Of a stretch of 64,000 nt of DNA, positions 27,847 through 40,386 are shown in pieces. The position numbers and the translations under genes were made by a program. The first letter of the stretch is position 1; every line of letters starts with the position of its first letter. The stretch is from the NCBI GenBank assembly GCA_937888365.1, contig CALBFA010000041.1, positions 1,689 to 65,688 of the forward strand. The letters run 5' to 3'. A model generated the notes under the pieces. That model saw only the letters and a program-made list of their open reading frames with translations, made no database searches and was not told the DNA's origin. The stretch comes from an uncultured Fidelibacterota bacterium (GTDB taxonomy: Bacteria > Fidelibacterota > UBA8477 > JABMPR01).

Positions 27847-30800
27847 TGAGGCCTCCTTTGAATAATTCATTGATAAATAATTTTTCGAAAATTACAATCC
27901 GATTAGCTTCACCTGATAAGATTTTAAATGAATCTAGAGGTGAAGTTTTAAATCCGGAAACCATAAACTACCGTACTTATAAACCCGAGAAAGATGGGCT
28001 CTTTTGTGAGCGAATTTTTGGGCCGGTTAAGGACTGGGAATGTCACTGTGGTAAATATAAACGCATCCGATACAAAGGTATTATTTGTGATCGATGCGGT
28101 GTTGAAGTTACACGCAAGAAAGTAAGACGCGAACGTATGGGTCATATTTCCCTTGCGGTTCCTGTTATTCATACGTGGTATTTGCGTAGTATTCCATCAA
28201 CACTTGCTTATACCCTTGGTATTTCTGCAAAAAACCTTGAACGCATCATATATTATGAAGCTTATGTTGTTATTTCTGAAGGTAAAGCCGACGTAACGGT
28301 TGGTGATATTCTTGATGAAGAAGAGTTCATGGAATGGGATGCACTCTATGGTCCCGATGCTGTAGGTGCTGAAGAAGAATCTGTGTTTGTTGGTAAAACA
28401 GGTAGTGAAGCTATATTAAAAATGCTTCAAGATCTAGACATCAAAAAAACAATGCTTTTTCTGAAAGACATTATCGCAACGACACGTAGTCAACAGAAAA
28501 AAGTTGACGCGCTCAAGCGATTAAGAGTCATAAAAGCGTTTGATTTACCGGCTTCAGCTGTGCCTAACAGACCTGAGTGGATGGTGTTGACAATTCTTCC
28601 AGTTATTCCACCCGAACTGCGACCTCTTGTACCACTTGATGGGGGTCGATTTGCCGCATCTGATTTAAATGACCTCTACCGTCGTGTTATCATTCGTAAC
28701 AATCGTTTGCGTCAACTTATCGAGACAAAAGCTCCAGACGTCATTTTAAGAAATGAAAAAAGGATGCTTCAAGAATCCGTTGATGCCTTGTTTGATAACT
28801 CAAGAAAACAAAGCGCTATTCGCAGCGGAACGCGTCGTCCACTTAAATCTTTATCAGATTCTCTTAGTGGAAAACAAGGACGATTCCGTCAAAACTTGTT
28901 GGGTAAACGTGTTGATTATTCCGGACGTTCAGTTATCGTTGTTGGACCAAGTTTAAAATTACACGAATGTGGTATTCCAAAACAAATGGCGATTGAGCTA
29001 TTTAAGCCACATATTGTGAATGAACTTTTGGTTCGCGGATATGCAAAAACGCCGAAACAAGCGAAGGTTCTCGTTGAAGAGCAAGTACCTGAGATTTACG
29101 ATGTACTTGAATATGTGGTTAAAGGCCATCCAATTATGCTTAACCGTGCACCAACACTGCACAGATTAGGTATTCAGGCCTTCCAACCCATTTTAATCAA
29201 CGGAAAAGCTATCCGTCTCCATCCTCTGGTTTGTTCTGCATTTAACGCCGACTTTGATGGTGACCAGATGGCGGTTCATTTACCGCTTTCACCCGAGGCT
29301 ATTGCTGAGGCAAGAATGTTGATGCTTTCAAGCCACAATATTTTACACCCAGCCCATGGTAAACCAATTACGGTACCTTCTCAGGATATGGTTCTTGGTA
29401 GCTACTATCTAACGAAACTTCGCAAAAATGCAAAAGGCGAAGGTATGATATTTAGGGGTGCAACCGAGGCAATGCTTGCTTATGACAATAAAATTGTTGA
29501 TTTGCATGCCATGGTAAAAGCTCGCATTAATGGTAAAATCATTGATACGACAGTCGGTCGATTAATTTTCAATGAACGCGTACCGTCAGAGATGCCATAC
29601 GTAAATGAAATTATTACGAAAAAACGTTTGGAGAAATTGATTGGTGAAGTCTTGCACTCTGCTGGAAACTTCAGAACAGTAATATTTTTAGATGATATCA
29701 AGAAAATGGGATTTGAGTTCGCAACTATTTCCGGGACTTCAATTGCCATTTCTGACATTGTTATTCCGAGTCGTAAGCAAATGTTGCTTGATGAATCCGT
29801 TAAGGAAGTTACAAAAGTTCAAGACGCTCGAGCTGCTGGTTGGTTAACTGAAGGTGAGCGTTATAACAAAATATTAGATATTTGGACCCATACCACAAAC
29901 CAAGTTGCTACGTGGACTTTGGATGGTCTTAAAAATGATAAAGAAGGTTTCAACTCTGTATATATGATGGCTGATTCGGGTGCTCGTGGTTCGAGTGACC
30001 AGATTAAACAGTTAGCGGGTATGCGGGGACTCATGGCGAAACCAAGAAAATCTTTAAAAGGTGGACAAGGCGAGATTATTGAAACGCCCATTGTTTCTAA
30101 CTTTAAAGAGGGTCTTACAGTTTTAGAGTATTTTATCTCAACACACGGTGCACGTAAAGGACTTGCTGACACAGCCTTAAAAACTGCTGATGCTGGTTAC
30201 CTAACAAGACGTTTAGTCGATGTGGCTCAAGATGTTGTTATTTATACGGTGGATTGTGGTACAATTAATGGTATTGATGTCGTTCCACTAAAACAAAATG
30301 ATAAAGTCATCGAAACACTCAAAGATAGAATTGAAGGTCGCGTTTCAGCCGAAGATGTTTTTGATCCAATAACGGATGAACTCATTATTGAAGCGGGTAT
30401 CATGATTTCGACCGATTTAGCGAATAAAGTGTCTCATTCAAATGTTGAAAGAGTGCGTATTCGTTCGGTATTGACGTGTGAAAGTGAATATGGTGTTTGT
30501 TCAAAATGTTATGGCCGAAATTTGGCCACAGGTAAACGAATTGGTCTTGGCGAAGCAGTAGGGATTGTGGCTGCTCAAGCAATTGGGGAGCCTGGTACTC
30601 AGCTAACATTGAGAACATTTCATATTGGTGGTACGGCGGCTCGTATTCTTGAAGAGAGTGAAGCACATGCAAAATTTGCAGGTCGTGTTAGATTTTCTCC
30701 AGGGATGAGGATTGCCCCAAATCCAGAAGGCGAGGGTTATATTGCCCTTGTACGGAATGGATACCTCGAAATCATGGATGACAACAATAGAGCCCTATAT

Positions 30801-32117
30801 AATGCTCCAGTGCCTTATGCATCTGTTCTATTAATTGAAGATGACCAAGCAGTTGAAAAGGATCAAATTTTATATAAATGGGATCCTCGTACTGATTTTA
30901 TTATTGCGCAAACTGATGGACATGCTCGATTTATAGATATTATTGAAGATATTACTTTCATCGAAGAAATTGGTGAGGGTGGCAAGCGTGAACGTACTAT
31001 TATTGATGCACGTGACCGCAAACTAACGCCTCGCATTGAAATAGTTGATAATGATGGAAATCCATTATCCAAAGAAGTCGGAATCCCTGTTGATTCGGTT
31101 ATTGTAGCGAAAGAAGGCATGATTAAAGCAGGATCAATTCTTGCGAAGCTCTCATCCTCTAAAGCTAGAACAGCCGATATTACTGGAGGTTTACCTCGCG
31201 TTGCTGAACTTTTTGAGGCTCGAAATCCTGCTGATCCATCTGTTGTTACGGAAGTGAATGGTATCATCAGTTATGGCGAACTCAAAAGAGGGGCAAGACT
31301 TCTTTATGTCGAAACGGCTGATGGAATTAAATATGAATATTCTATTCCATACGGACGTCATATTATCGTACTTGACGGTGATATGGTTCAAGCTGGTGAT
31401 AGACTTTGTGAAGGACCTGTTTCACCGAAAGATATTCTTCGTATTAAAGGTGAACGTGAAGTACAGGAATACCTAGTAAATGAAATCCAAGAAGTGTATC
31501 GTTTACAAGGTGTTCGTATTAATGATAAACATATAGAAGTAATTGTTCGTCAAATGATGCAGAAAGTCATGATTGATAATCCTGGAGATACTGATTTCTT
31601 ACCTCAGGATCGTGTTAACAAATTTCAATTCCGCAATGAAAATGAAGCGACATTGAAAAAAGTTGTTATCATAAAAGCCGGTGATTCTACTTTCATGGAA
31701 AATCAAATTGTATTGAGAGATGAATTTCAGGCAGTTGTTGAGGCAAATGTTGTGGAAGGTATTCAAGTACCAGAAGCAAGAGACGCCGAGGCAGCTACAC
31801 ACACTTCGCTTCTCCTTGGGATTACGCGTGCATCACTAAATACTGAAAGTGTATTTTCTGCTGCATCCTTCCAGGAAACGACAAGAGTTCTTACAGATGC
31901 TGCTATCAATTCAAAAGTTGATAATCTTAGAGGACTAAAAGAAAATATTATCGTTGGTCGATTAATCCCCGCGGGTACTGGATTACATATGTATCGTAGG
32001 CTTAAAGTTACTGGACCAAACGATGAAACTGCTGATAAAGTACGAGTAATTCGGAGGTCTAGAGAAGACCAAAAAACGACCTCGCGAGACGATGCCAAAG
32101 CAAAGGAAAACGATTAA
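27843..32117 (+). CDS. rpoC: RNA polymerase beta' subunit
   Basis: Zn ribbon, NADFDGDQM, LGKRVDYSGR. Confidence 0.99.
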   Translation: MMRPPLNNSLINNFSKITIRLASPDKILNESRGEVLNPETINYRTYKPEKDGLFCERIFGPVKDWECHCGKYKRIRYKGIICDRCGVEVTRKKVRRERMGHISLAVPVIHTWYLRSIPSTLAYTLGISAKNLERIIYYEAYVVISEGKADVTVGDILDEEEFMEWDALYGPDAVGAEEESVFVGKTGSEAILKMLQDLDIKKTMLFLKDIIATTRSQQKKVDALKRLRVIKAFDLPASAVPNRPEWMVLTILPVIPPELRPLVPLDGGRFAASDLNDLYRRVIIRNNRLRQLIETKAPDVILRNEKRMLQESVDALFDNSRKQSAIRSGTRRPLKSLSDSLSGKQGRFRQNLLGKRVDYSGRSVIVVGPSLKLHECGIPKQMAIELFKPHIVNELLVRGYAKTPKQAKVLVEEQVPEIYDVLEYVVKGHPIMLNRAPTLHRLGIQAFQPILINGKAIRLHPLVCSAFNADFDGDQMAVHLPLSPEAIAEARMLMLSSHNILHPAHGKPITVPSQDMVLGSYYLTKLRKNAKGEGMIFRGATEAMLAYDNKIVDLHAMVKARINGKIIDTTVGRLIFNERVPSEMPYVNEIITKKRLEKLIGEVLHSAGNFRTVIFLDDIKKMGFEFATISGTSIAISDIVIPSRKQMLLDESVKEVTKVQDARAAGWLTEGERYNKILDIWTHTTNQVATWTLDGLKNDKEGFNSVYMMADSGARGSSDQIKQLAGMRGLMAKPRKSLKGGQGEIIETPIVSNFKEGLTVLEYFISTHGARKGLADTALKTADAGYLTRRLVDVAQDVVIYTVDCGTINGIDVVPLKQNDKVIETLKDRIEGRVSAEDVFDPITDELIIEAGIMISTDLANKVSHSNVERVRIRSVLTCESEYGVCSKCYGRNLATGKRIGLGEAVGIVAAQAIGEPGTQLTLRTFHIGGTAARILEESEAHAKFAGRVRFSPGMRIAPNPEGEGYIALVRNGYLEIMDDNNRALYNAPVPYASVLLIEDDQAVEKDQILYKWDPRTDFIIAQTDGHARFIDIIEDITFIEEIGEGGKRERTIIDARDRKLTPRIEIVDNDGNPLSKEVGIPVDSVIVAKEGMIKAGSILAKLSSSKARTADITGGLPRVAELFEARNPADPSVVTEVNGIISYGELKRGARLLYVETADGIKYEYSIPYGRHIIVLDGDMVQAGDRLCEGPVSPKDILRIKGEREVQEYLVNEIQEVYRLQGVRINDKHIEVIVRQMMQKVMIDNPGDTDFLPQDRVNKFQFRNENEATLKKVVIIKAGDSTFMENQIVLRDEFQAVVEANVVEGIQVPEARDAEAATHTSLLLGITRASLNTESVFSAASFQETTRVLTDAAINSKVDNLRGLKENIIVGRLIPAGTGLHMYRRLKVTGPNDETADKVRVIRRSREDQKTTSRDDAKAKEND

Positions 32118-32124
32118 AATGAAC

Positions 32125-32160
32125 TTGACTGTGCTAGGGTTGAAAATTATACTTGGCGGC
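32125..32160 (+). promoter_or_regulatory. sigma70 promoter of str operon with GC-rich discriminator
   Basis: TTGACT-17 bp-TATACT followed by TGGCGGC. Confidence 0.7.
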
Positions 32161-32179
32161 TTTTTTAAAGGGACAACAA

Positions 32180-32554
32180 ATGCCAACAATTAATCAATTG
32201 GTGCGTAAGGGTCGAACGGCTCTTAGTAAAAAACAAAAGGCGCCAGCGCTTAAAGGAAATCCGCAACGACGCGGTGTATGTACACGAGTTTATACAACGA
32301 CTCCCAAGAAGCCAAACTCGGCTTTGAGGAAAGTTGCACGTGTACGTTTAACAAATGGAATGGAAGTAACGGCTTATATTCCGGGTGAAGGTCACAATCT
32401 TCAAGAACACTCAATTGTGCTCATTGAAGGTGGTAAAGTAAAAGACTTACCTGGAGTTCGTTATCATATTATCCGTGGTACTTTAGATACATCCGGAGTA
32501 GAAAATAGACGTACAAGTCGTTCTCGCTACGGAGCTAAAAAACCCAAATCCTAA
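32180..32554 (+). CDS. rpsL: 30S ribosomal protein S12
   Basis: [28 protein letters not shown]. Confidence 0.99.
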   Translation: MPTINQLVRKGRTALSKKQKAPALKGNPQRRGVCTRVYTTTPKKPNSALRKVARVRLTNGMEVTAYIPGEGHNLQEHSIVLIEGGKVKDLPGVRYHIIRGTLDTSGVENRRTSRSRYGAKKPKS

Positions 32555-32571
32555 TTAGGTAATAGAAAAAT

Positions 32572-33036
32572 ATGAGAAGACGTAGACCAGAAAAAAGAAA
32601 AATTATTGCAGATCCAGTTTATCATGATTTGATGGTTGCAAAATTCATCAACTATGTAATGAGAGAAGGGAAAAAAGGCACTGCTGAACGTATTGTCTAT
32701 ACTGCATTTGATACAATTAAACAAAGAACGAAAACAAATCCTCTTGAACTATTTAAAAAAGGGGTCGAAAATGTTGCCCCCGTATTAGAAGTCAAGTCCA
32801 AAAGGGTTGGTGGTGCTACCTATCAAGTGCCCATTGAAGTCCGTTCAGACAGACGTATGGCCCTTGCTTATCGATGGATTATTCAATATGCACAGTCTCG
32901 TTCGGGAAAAACAATGGCCGGTAAGTTAGCCGCTGAATTGATTTCAGCTGCCAATAACGAAGGTGGTTCAATTAAAAAGCGTGAAGACACGCACCGGATG
33001 GCTGAAGCCAACAAAGCTTTCGCTCATTTTAGATAA
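32572..33036 (+). CDS. rpsG: 30S ribosomal protein S7
   Basis: [20 protein letters not shown]. Confidence 0.99.
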   Translation: MRRRRPEKRKIIADPVYHDLMVAKFINYVMREGKKGTAERIVYTAFDTIKQRTKTNPLELFKKGVENVAPVLEVKSKRVGGATYQVPIEVRSDRRMALAYRWIIQYAQSRSGKTMAGKLAAELISAANNEGGSIKKREDTHRMAEANKAFAHFR

Positions 33037-35129
33037 TGGCAACCGTTTCTAAAAAAACCGATTTAAACAAGGTTCGTAATATTGGTATTATGGCTCATAT
33101 TGACGCCGGTAAAACCACGACAACTGAAAGAATTTTGTATTATACAGGTAGAACACATCGAATTGGTGAAGTGCACGATGGTGCCGCTACAATGGATTGG
33201 ATGGATCAAGAGCGGGAAAGAGGTATTACAATTACTTCTGCTGCAACAACATGTATGTGGGATAATCATCGTATTAACATCATTGATACACCAGGACATG
33301 TTGATTTTACCGTTGAAGTTGAGCGTTCTCTCCGGGTTTTAGATGGCTCGGTAGCGCTATTTTGTGCTGTCGGAGGCGTCGAACCACAGAGTGAAACAGT
33401 TTGGAGACAAGCCGATAAATACGGCGTCCCTCGCATTGCATTTGTCAATAAAATGGATCGTGTCGGAGCTGATTTCTATAACGTTTTAGAAATGATTAAA
33501 AAACGCTTAGGCGCTAATCCCGTTCCCGTTGTATTGCCTATCGGAGCGGGTGAACTCTTTACAGGACTCGTTGACTTACTTTCCATGAAAACGATTCTCT
33601 ATAATGAAACGAGTATGGGTGCCCACTATGATTTGGGCGAAATACCAAAAGACATGGAAGAAATCGTTAAAGAATATAGACATAAGCTTATCGAAGAAGT
33701 TGCTTCTTATGATGATGTCTTATTAGAAAAATATCTCGAAGGTGAAGAATTAGATATCGCAGAAATCAAAGTAGCTATTCGTAAAGCAACACTTGATGGT
33801 GCAATGATTCCAACTTTAGCCGGTTCAGCCTTTAAAAATAAAGGTGTTCAAAGATTACTTGATGCAGTCGTAGATTATTTACCATCACCTATGGATTTAC
33901 CAGATGTTGAAGGTCATGATGTTTATGACAGCGAAAAAGTTATTACACGTCCACCTGATGTGAATGCGCCTTTTTCGGCTCTCGCATTTAAAATTATGAC
34001 AGATCCCTATGTTGGGAAATTAACATTTTTTAGAGTGTATTCAGGCACTGTCCATGCTGGAGATGCCGTTTACAATCCTGTTAGAGGGAAAAAAGAGCGT
34101 ATCGGTCGATTGATGGTGATGCATTCTATAAAACGCGAAGAGCGTGAATTTATCGAGACAGGAGAGATTGCAGCAGCTATCGGATTGAAAACTACACGGA
34201 CCGGTGATACAATTTGTGATATTAAGAATCCAATTATTCTTGAATCAATGGTGTTCCCTGAGCCTGTTATTTCTGTAGCAATCGAACCTGAATCAAAGGC
34301 TGATAATGATGCATTATCAAATGCACTTATTAAACTAGCCGAAGAAGATCCAACTTTCATTGTGAATATGGATCATGATACTGGGCAAACGATTATTCGT
34401 GGTATGGGCGAGCTCCACCTTGATATTATTGTGGATCGCATTATGCGCGAATTTAAAGTAAATGCACGCGTTGGGACACCACAAGTCGCATTTGTAGAAG
34501 CCATTACTAAGAACGTTAAACAAGAAACTAAATTTGCGAAACAATCAGGTGGTAAAGGCCAATTTGCACATGTGTATATTAATGTAGGGCCGAACGAACC
34601 TGGCAAAGGTTATCATTTTGAAAGCAAGATTGTTGGGGGATCGATTCCAAAAGAATATATCCCAGCAGTTGAAAAAGGAATCGGTGAAGCATTGAAAAAC
34701 GGTGTTTTAGCGGGCTTCCCAATTCCAGATGTTCGCGTTGAACTTTATGATGGATCATTCCATCAAGTCGATTCATCAGAAATGGCTTTTAAAATCGCTG
34801 GTTCCATGGCTATTCAGGCTGCATGTAAAAAAGCGTCTCCTGTACTTATGGAGCCGATAATGGATGTTGAAGTTATTGTCCCTGATGAATATTTAGGTGA
34901 TGTGATGGGTGATATAACGTCCAGACGTGGACATATTCAAGGAATGACACCTCGTAAAGATGCGCAAGTAATTAAAGCTTTTGTTCCTTTATCCAACATG
35001 TTTGGATACGCAACCGACCTTCGTTCTATAACGCAAGGACGGGCAGTATTTACAATGCAATTTGATCATTTTGATAAAGTACCCGCCAGTGTTTCGAAAG
35101 AAATAATGGAAAAGATACAAGGTAAATAA
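33036..35129 (+). CDS. fusA: Elongation factor G
   Basis: [24 protein letters not shown]. Confidence 0.99.
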   Translation: MATVSKKTDLNKVRNIGIMAHIDAGKTTTTERILYYTGRTHRIGEVHDGAATMDWMDQERERGITITSAATTCMWDNHRINIIDTPGHVDFTVEVERSLRVLDGSVALFCAVGGVEPQSETVWRQADKYGVPRIAFVNKMDRVGADFYNVLEMIKKRLGANPVPVVLPIGAGELFTGLVDLLSMKTILYNETSMGAHYDLGEIPKDMEEIVKEYRHKLIEEVASYDDVLLEKYLEGEELDIAEIKVAIRKATLDGAMIPTLAGSAFKNKGVQRLLDAVVDYLPSPMDLPDVEGHDVYDSEKVITRPPDVNAPFSALAFKIMTDPYVGKLTFFRVYSGTVHAGDAVYNPVRGKKERIGRLMVMHSIKREEREFIETGEIAAAIGLKTTRTGDTICDIKNPIILESMVFPEPVISVAIEPESKADNDALSNALIKLAEEDPTFIVNMDHDTGQTIIRGMGELHLDIIVDRIMREFKVNARVGTPQVAFVEAITKNVKQETKFAKQSGGKGQFAHVYINVGPNEPGKGYHFESKIVGGSIPKEYIPAVEKGIGEALKNGVLAGFPIPDVRVELYDGSFHQVDSSEMAFKIAGSMAIQAACKKASPVLMEPIMDVEVIVPDEYLGDVMGDITSRRGHIQGMTPRKDAQVIKAFVPLSNMFGYATDLRSITQGRAVFTMQFDHFDKVPASVSKEIMEKIQGK

Positions 35130-35148
35130 TAGTTAGAGGATTATAGAT

Positions 35149-36342
35149 ATGGCTAAGAAAAAGTATGAGCGCACGAAGCCTCACGTTAATGTAGGAACAA
35201 TAGGTCATGTTGACCATGGGAAGACGACATTAACGGCAGCAATCACGGTAGTATTATCGAATGACGGATTGAGTGAAGTCCGTTCATTTGACAGTATTGA
35301 TAATGCACCAGAAGAGCGTGAACGAGGAATCACAATTGCGACAGCCCACGTAGAGTATGAGACGGAAAATCGTCATTATGCCCACGTTGACTGTCCAGGA
35401 CACGCGGACTATATCAAAAATATGATAACAGGAGCCGCCCAAATGGACGGCGCGATCCTGGTTGTAAGTGCCGCAGACGGCGCGATGCCTCAGACCCGTG
35501 AGCACGTATTACTTGCCAAGCAGGTAAACGTCCCCTCAATCGTAATATTCATGAATAAAGTAGACCAAGTAGATGATGATGAGTTATTGGACTTGGTAGA
35601 GATGGAATTACGTGAATTATTAGATGAATATGATTTTCCAGGTGATGATACACCTGTCATACGAGGAAGTGCATTACGAGCTTTAGGCAATCCTACAGAT
35701 CCTGAAGCAACAGCGTGTATCCATGAGTTGATGGCAGCGGTAGATTCATTTATCCCCGAACCCGAACGAGATGTAGACAAGCCCTTTTTAATGCCTGTAG
35801 AAGATGTATTTAGTATCACAGGTCGTGGTACGGTAGGAACGGGGAGAATTGAACGAGGGATCGTAAAAGTAGGCGAAGAAGTTGAAATCATAGGTATGGT
35901 TGAAGAGTCGAAGAAAACGACAGTAACGGGAGTAGAGATGTTCCGTAAGTTGTTAGACTCAGGCCAAGCAGGTGATAATGTAGGTTTATTATTACGAGGA
36001 ATCGATAAAGAGTGGCTCCAGCGTGGAATGGTCATCGCCAAACCTGGTAGTGTAAAACCACACAAGAAATTTAAGGCAGAAGTCTATGTGTTGAAGAAAG
36101 AAGAAGGGGGTCGTCATACACCATTTTTTAATGGATATCGTCCCCAGTTTTATTTTCGCACGACGGATGTAACAGGTATCGTAGATTTACCTGAAGGAAC
36201 AGAAATGGTAATGCCAGGTGACAATGTGACTGTAACAATCTCATTGATAGCGCCCATCGCAATGGATCCAGAATTGCGTTTTGCTATCCGTGAAGGTGGT
36301 CATACTGTTGGCGCTGGTGTCGTAACTGAGATAATCGAATAA
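35149..36342 (+). CDS. tuf: Elongation factor Tu (copy 2)
   Basis: Protein identical to copy 1. Confidence 0.99.
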   Translation: MAKKKYERTKPHVNVGTIGHVDHGKTTLTAAITVVLSNDGLSEVRSFDSIDNAPEERERGITIATAHVEYETENRHYAHVDCPGHADYIKNMITGAAQMDGAILVVSAADGAMPQTREHVLLAKQVNVPSIVIFMNKVDQVDDDELLDLVEMELRELLDEYDFPGDDTPVIRGSALRALGNPTDPEATACIHELMAAVDSFIPEPERDVDKPFLMPVEDVFSITGRGTVGTGRIERGIVKVGEEVEIIGMVEESKKTTVTGVEMFRKLLDSGQAGDNVGLLLRGIDKEWLQRGMVIAKPGSVKPHKKFKAEVYVLKKEEGGRHTPFFNGYRPQFYFRTTDVTGIVDLPEGTEMVMPGDNVTVTISLIAPIAMDPELRFAIREGGHTVGAGVVTEIIE

Positions 36343-36363
36343 AACGTAAAGGATAGCAAACTA

Positions 36364-36672
36364 ATGCCATCACAAATCATTCGAATTAGTCTCCAAGCAT
36401 ACGATCATAACTTGCTAGACAAGAGTACGGCAAGAATCGTCCAAACAGCCAAATCAACTGGTGCTGTGATTAGCGGTCCGATTCCACTGCCCACGAAACG
36501 TTCAATAGCTACGGTGTTAAGATCACCGCACGTGAACAAAAAATCCCGTGAGCAGTTTCAGACCAAAATTCACAAACGAATCGTAGATATTCATCAAGCT
36601 TCAAGTAAAACAGTTGATGCTTTGATGAAACTCGATTTACCCGCTGGTGTAGATATCGAAATAAAGGTATAG
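36364..36672 (+). CDS. rpsJ: 30S ribosomal protein S10
   Basis: [20 protein letters not shown]. Confidence 0.98.
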   Translation: MPSQIIRISLQAYDHNLLDKSTARIVQTAKSTGAVISGPIPLPTKRSIATVLRSPHVNKKSREQFQTKIHKRIVDIHQASSKTVDALMKLDLPAGVDIEIKV

Positions 36673-36684
36673 GCAGGTTTACGT

Positions 36685-37305
36685 ATGAAGGGATTAATAG
36701 GTCAAAAAATGGGCATGACACAAGTATGGGACAACGCAGGAAAAATTTATCCTGTTACTGTTTTAGAAGTAGGCCCATGTGTCATTACTCAAATCAAAAC
36801 ACTCGAAACTGACGGGTATAATTCAGTTCAATTAAGTTTTAAAGATAAGAAACCTAGCCGTGTTAATAAACCAGCTATGGGTCATTTTAACAAAGCTGGA
36901 GCACCTGCAAAATACATCACAAAAGAATTCAGAGAGATGAGTCCTTTAGATAAAAAGATGGGTGAAAACTTTGATGCTAGTTTATTCAAGCCTGGTGAGA
37001 TGGTTAATGTCACAGGTACATCAAAAGGTAAAGGAAATGCCGGTGTTATGAAAGCTCATAACTTTAAGGGAGGTTCTTCTTCACACGGTAAATCTGATCA
37101 GCTGAGAAAAGGTGGTTCTATTGGAGCGAGTTCGGATCCAAGTAGAGTATTTCCTGGTACTAAGATGGCAAAACGTCTTGGTGGCACGAAAAGCACTGTC
37201 CGAAATCTAACAATTGTTTCAGTAGATGCTGAAAAAAATATAATCATGGTAAAAGGCGCTGTTGCAGGCCCTCGCAATGGTTTTATCTACGTAACTAAGA
37301 GTTGA
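36685..37305 (+). CDS. rplC: 50S ribosomal protein L3
   Basis: GMTQVW, DGYNSVQ, GTSKGKG. Confidence 0.97.
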   Translation: MKGLIGQKMGMTQVWDNAGKIYPVTVLEVGPCVITQIKTLETDGYNSVQLSFKDKKPSRVNKPAMGHFNKAGAPAKYITKEFREMSPLDKKMGENFDASLFKPGEMVNVTGTSKGKGNAGVMKAHNFKGGSSSHGKSDQLRKGGSIGASSDPSRVFPGTKMAKRLGGTKSTVRNLTIVSVDAEKNIIMVKGAVAGPRNGFIYVTKS

Positions 37306-37307
37306 CT

Positions 37308-37937
37308 ATGAAATTAGATATATTAAAAACAAACGGAAAAAAAGCGGGTACAAAGATTGAAGCACAAGATTCAGTTTTTGCGGTAACCCCTAATGAACAT
37401 GTTGTATATCTTTCTGTCAAAGCTGAATTAGCAGCCTTAAGAGCAGGAACGCATAAAACCAAAACGCGTGCCGAGGTTTCGGGTGGTGGTAAAAAACCAT
37501 ATAAACAAAAAGGTCGCGGTGGTGCTCGTGCTGGTTCTACTCGCTCACCCATTTGGGTTGGTGGTGGACATGCTTTTGCTTTAGAACCAAGAGATTATTC
37601 TATAAAACTACCACGGAAAGTTCGTCAACTTGCTCGTAGATCGGTATTGTCTGACAAAATCAATCAAAATGCAATTATTGTTTTGGATGAATTAAAAGTG
37701 GGTGCTCCAAAAACTAAAGAATTTTTAAGTTTATTGGGAAATCTAGGTTTGACAGGAAAAAAACTATTAATATTAACAAGTTATTTTAATGAAGATTTAT
37801 ATTTAGCAGGTCGCAATATTAAAAATATTGCCATTATTGAGGCATCCTCAGCATCAGCTTATGATCTTATCGATAATGAAGTCATTCTTACGGATGTCGC
37901 TTCAATCGAAATTTTAAATAACATGCTTAGCAATTGA
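37308..37937 (+). CDS. rplD: 50S ribosomal protein L4
   Basis: TKTRAEVSGGGKKPYKQKG. Confidence 0.97.
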   Translation: MKLDILKTNGKKAGTKIEAQDSVFAVTPNEHVVYLSVKAELAALRAGTHKTKTRAEVSGGGKKPYKQKGRGGARAGSTRSPIWVGGGHAFALEPRDYSIKLPRKVRQLARRSVLSDKINQNAIIVLDELKVGAPKTKEFLSLLGNLGLTGKKLLILTSYFNEDLYLAGRNIKNIAIIEASSASAYDLIDNEVILTDVASIEILNNMLSN

Positions 37938-37950
37938 ATCGGAGTATTGA

Positions 37951-38265
37951 ATGGAACAGAATAAAATTATACAACCGATTCTTTCTGAAAAAATGGCTAA
38001 TCTTCAGGAAACTGAAAGAAAATACGCCTTTCGGGTTGCAAAGGATCTAAATAAAATTGGCATTAAAAAAGCTATTGAAACGAGATTTAATGTTCAAGTT
38101 CACAAAGTTGCAGTCATGAATGTGAACGGTAAAATTAAAAATCAAACTATGCGTAGTGGTGGCCGTGTTATTCGCACAAAAGGAGCTAAAGCTTCATGGA
38201 AAAAAGCCATTGTAACATTGCGTGACGGAGAAAAGATTGATTTTTTCCGTGATGAACAGGCATAG
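37951..38265 (+). CDS. rplW: 50S ribosomal protein L23
   Basis: [14 protein letters not shown]; synteny. Confidence 0.96.
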   Translation: MEQNKIIQPILSEKMANLQETERKYAFRVAKDLNKIGIKKAIETRFNVQVHKVAVMNVNGKIKNQTMRSGGRVIRTKGAKASWKKAIVTLRDGEKIDFFRDEQA

Positions 38266-38276
38266 GGTATAATAAT

Positions 38277-39104
38277 ATGGCAGTAAAAACATATAAACCT
38301 ATTACACCAGGGCAGAGATTTAAAACGACGTCGTCTTTTGAAGAAATTACACGAAATGATCCGGAAAAATCTCTTTTAACAGCAATCAAAAAAACTGGTG
38401 GTAGAAATAATTTAGGTCGTATAACATCTAGAAGACGCGGTGGAGGTCACAAACGTTTCTATAGAATCATTGATTTTAAAAGAAATAAATTTGGAATCCC
38501 TGCTCACGTTGATTCTATTGAATATGATCCAAACAGATCGGCAAATATTGCGTTGTTAATATATGCAGATGGTGAAAAAAGATATATCCTTTCTCCAAAC
38601 GGACTTTCTGTAAACGATAGTTTAATTTCAGATGAGAGCACCGCTATTAAAGTTGGAAACTCAGCTTCATTGAACAGTATTCCAAACGGTACCATTGTTC
38701 ATAATATCGAAATGAAAGTTAGCAAGGGGGGTCAAATTTGTAGAGCTGCGGGAGCAGGAGCTCAGATTATGGCTAAAGAGGGAAATTACGTAACATTAAA
38801 ATTACCTTCCGGTGAAATGCGCATGATACACAAAAATTGTCATGCAACCATTGGTGAAGTAGGTAATAAAGAGCATGAAAATATTTCGATTGGTAAGGCG
38901 GGTCGTTCTAGATGGATGGGTCGTAGACCAAAAGTACGTGGTGTTGTCATGAACCCAGTTGATCACCCAATGGGTGGTGGTGAGGGGAAAAGTTCCGGTG
39001 GTGGACATCCTCGCACACCTTGGGGTAAACCAACTAAAGGCTACAAAACGCGTAAGAAGACTAAAGCTTCGAACAAGTATATTGTTTCGCGCAGGAAGAA
39101 ATAG
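38277..39104 (+). CDS. rplB: 50S ribosomal protein L2
   Basis: [25 protein letters not shown]. Confidence 0.99.
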   Translation: MAVKTYKPITPGQRFKTTSSFEEITRNDPEKSLLTAIKKTGGRNNLGRITSRRRGGGHKRFYRIIDFKRNKFGIPAHVDSIEYDPNRSANIALLIYADGEKRYILSPNGLSVNDSLISDESTAIKVGNSASLNSIPNGTIVHNIEMKVSKGGQICRAAGAGAQIMAKEGNYVTLKLPSGEMRMIHKNCHATIGEVGNKEHENISIGKAGRSRWMGRRPKVRGVVMNPVDHPMGGGEGKSSGGGHPRTPWGKPTKGYKTRKKTKASNKYIVSRRKK

Positions 39105-39113
39105 GGATTTGAT

Positions 39114-39386
39114 ATGCCAAGATCGATAAAAAAGGGTCCCGTTGTTGAAGAAAAATTGTTAAAAAAAGCTACTGCGGCCAAAGAGGGCAAAAAACGTGTT
39201 GTCATTAAGACTTGGTCTCGTAGAAGTGTAATCATTCCTGACTTTGTCGGGTTAACATTTGCGGTTCATAACGGAAAGAAATTCATCCCTGTATTTATAA
39301 CAGAAAACATGGTCGGACATAAACTAGGAGAGTTTTCACCGACTAGGACTTTTCGTGGTCATCCCGATAAGTCCAAATCGAGGTAA
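39114..39386 (+). CDS. rpsS: 30S ribosomal protein S19
   Basis: [16 protein letters not shown]. Confidence 0.98.
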   Translation: MPRSIKKGPVVEEKLLKKATAAKEGKKRVVIKTWSRRSVIIPDFVGLTFAVHNGKKFIPVFITENMVGHKLGEFSPTRTFRGHPDKSKSR

Positions 39387-39730
39387 TGATGGAAGCAATT
39401 GCAAAGGCTAAATATATAAGGCAATCCGCAAGAAAAGTACGACATGTACTTGATCTTGTACGGGAGTTGCATGTTGAGAAAGCCCTCAATATTTTACATT
39501 TCTCAACAAAAAAGGCATCAGTTGTTATTGAAAAGACGATTCGTTCAGCTGTTGCTAATGCAGTAAATGCTCCAAATTCTGAAATTAATGCAGACAATTT
39601 ATACATTACAACTGCATTTTGTGATGAAGGTCCAACAATGAAACGATTTCGTCCTAGAGCAATGGGAAGAGCGACCGTTATACGTCGCCGAAGTAGTCAT
39701 CTAACCATCGTCGTAGCAGAAAAGAAATAG
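39386..39730 (+). CDS. rplV: 50S ribosomal protein L22
   Basis: SARKVR, RPRAMGRA. Confidence 0.98.
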   Translation: MMEAIAKAKYIRQSARKVRHVLDLVRELHVEKALNILHFSTKKASVVIEKTIRSAVANAVNAPNSEINADNLYITTAFCDEGPTMKRFRPRAMGRATVIRRRSSHLTIVVAEKK

Positions 39731-39739
39731 GAGCAGAAT

Positions 39740-40375
39740 TTGGGACAAAAAACACATCCTATCGGTTTTAGATTAGGTTTCAATAAAAACTGGTTGTCAA
39801 ATTGGTTTGATGAAAAGAATTTTGCCGAGAAGTTAAACGAAGATTTATTAGTACGTAAATATCTCTTTAAAAGACTAGAGCATGCTGCTGTAGCAAGTAT
39901 TGAGATTTTACGGACATCGAAAAGGATAACGATAGCAATACATACTGCTCGACCTGGTGTTGTGATAGGCCCAAAAGGGGCTGAAGTTGATCAACTTAAA
40001 GAAGAAATTCGTTCATTAACGCATAATGATGTTGTTATTAAAGTTAATGAAATAAAAAGACCAGAACTGAGTGCTCGATTAGTAGGGCAAAATATTGCTA
40101 GCCAACTCGTTAAGAAAATATCTTTTAGAAGAGCTATAAAAAAGGCTATTCAATCCACGATGCGAATGAGTGCAGAAGGCATCAAAGTTTCTGTCTCGGG
40201 TCGTCTTGGTGGTGCTGAAATGTCTAGAAAAGAAACTTTTCACGAAGGCCGGGTTCCATTACATACATTACGTTCAGATATTGATTATGCTTTAGTTGAA
40301 GCACATACAACTTATGGTATTATTGGTGTGAAGGTATGGATTTGTAACGGTGAAGCTGTCGGCGTAGTTGGTTAA
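39740..40375 (+). CDS. rpsC: 30S ribosomal protein S3
   Basis: [21 protein letters not shown]. Confidence 0.98.
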   Translation: MGQKTHPIGFRLGFNKNWLSNWFDEKNFAEKLNEDLLVRKYLFKRLEHAAVASIEILRTSKRITIAIHTARPGVVIGPKGAEVDQLKEEIRSLTHNDVVIKVNEIKRPELSARLVGQNIASQLVKKISFRRAIKKAIQSTMRMSAEGIKVSVSGRLGGAEMSRKETFHEGRVPLHTLRSDIDYALVEAHTTYGIIGVKVWICNGEAVGVVG

Positions 40376-40386
40376 GGAGCTTTAAT

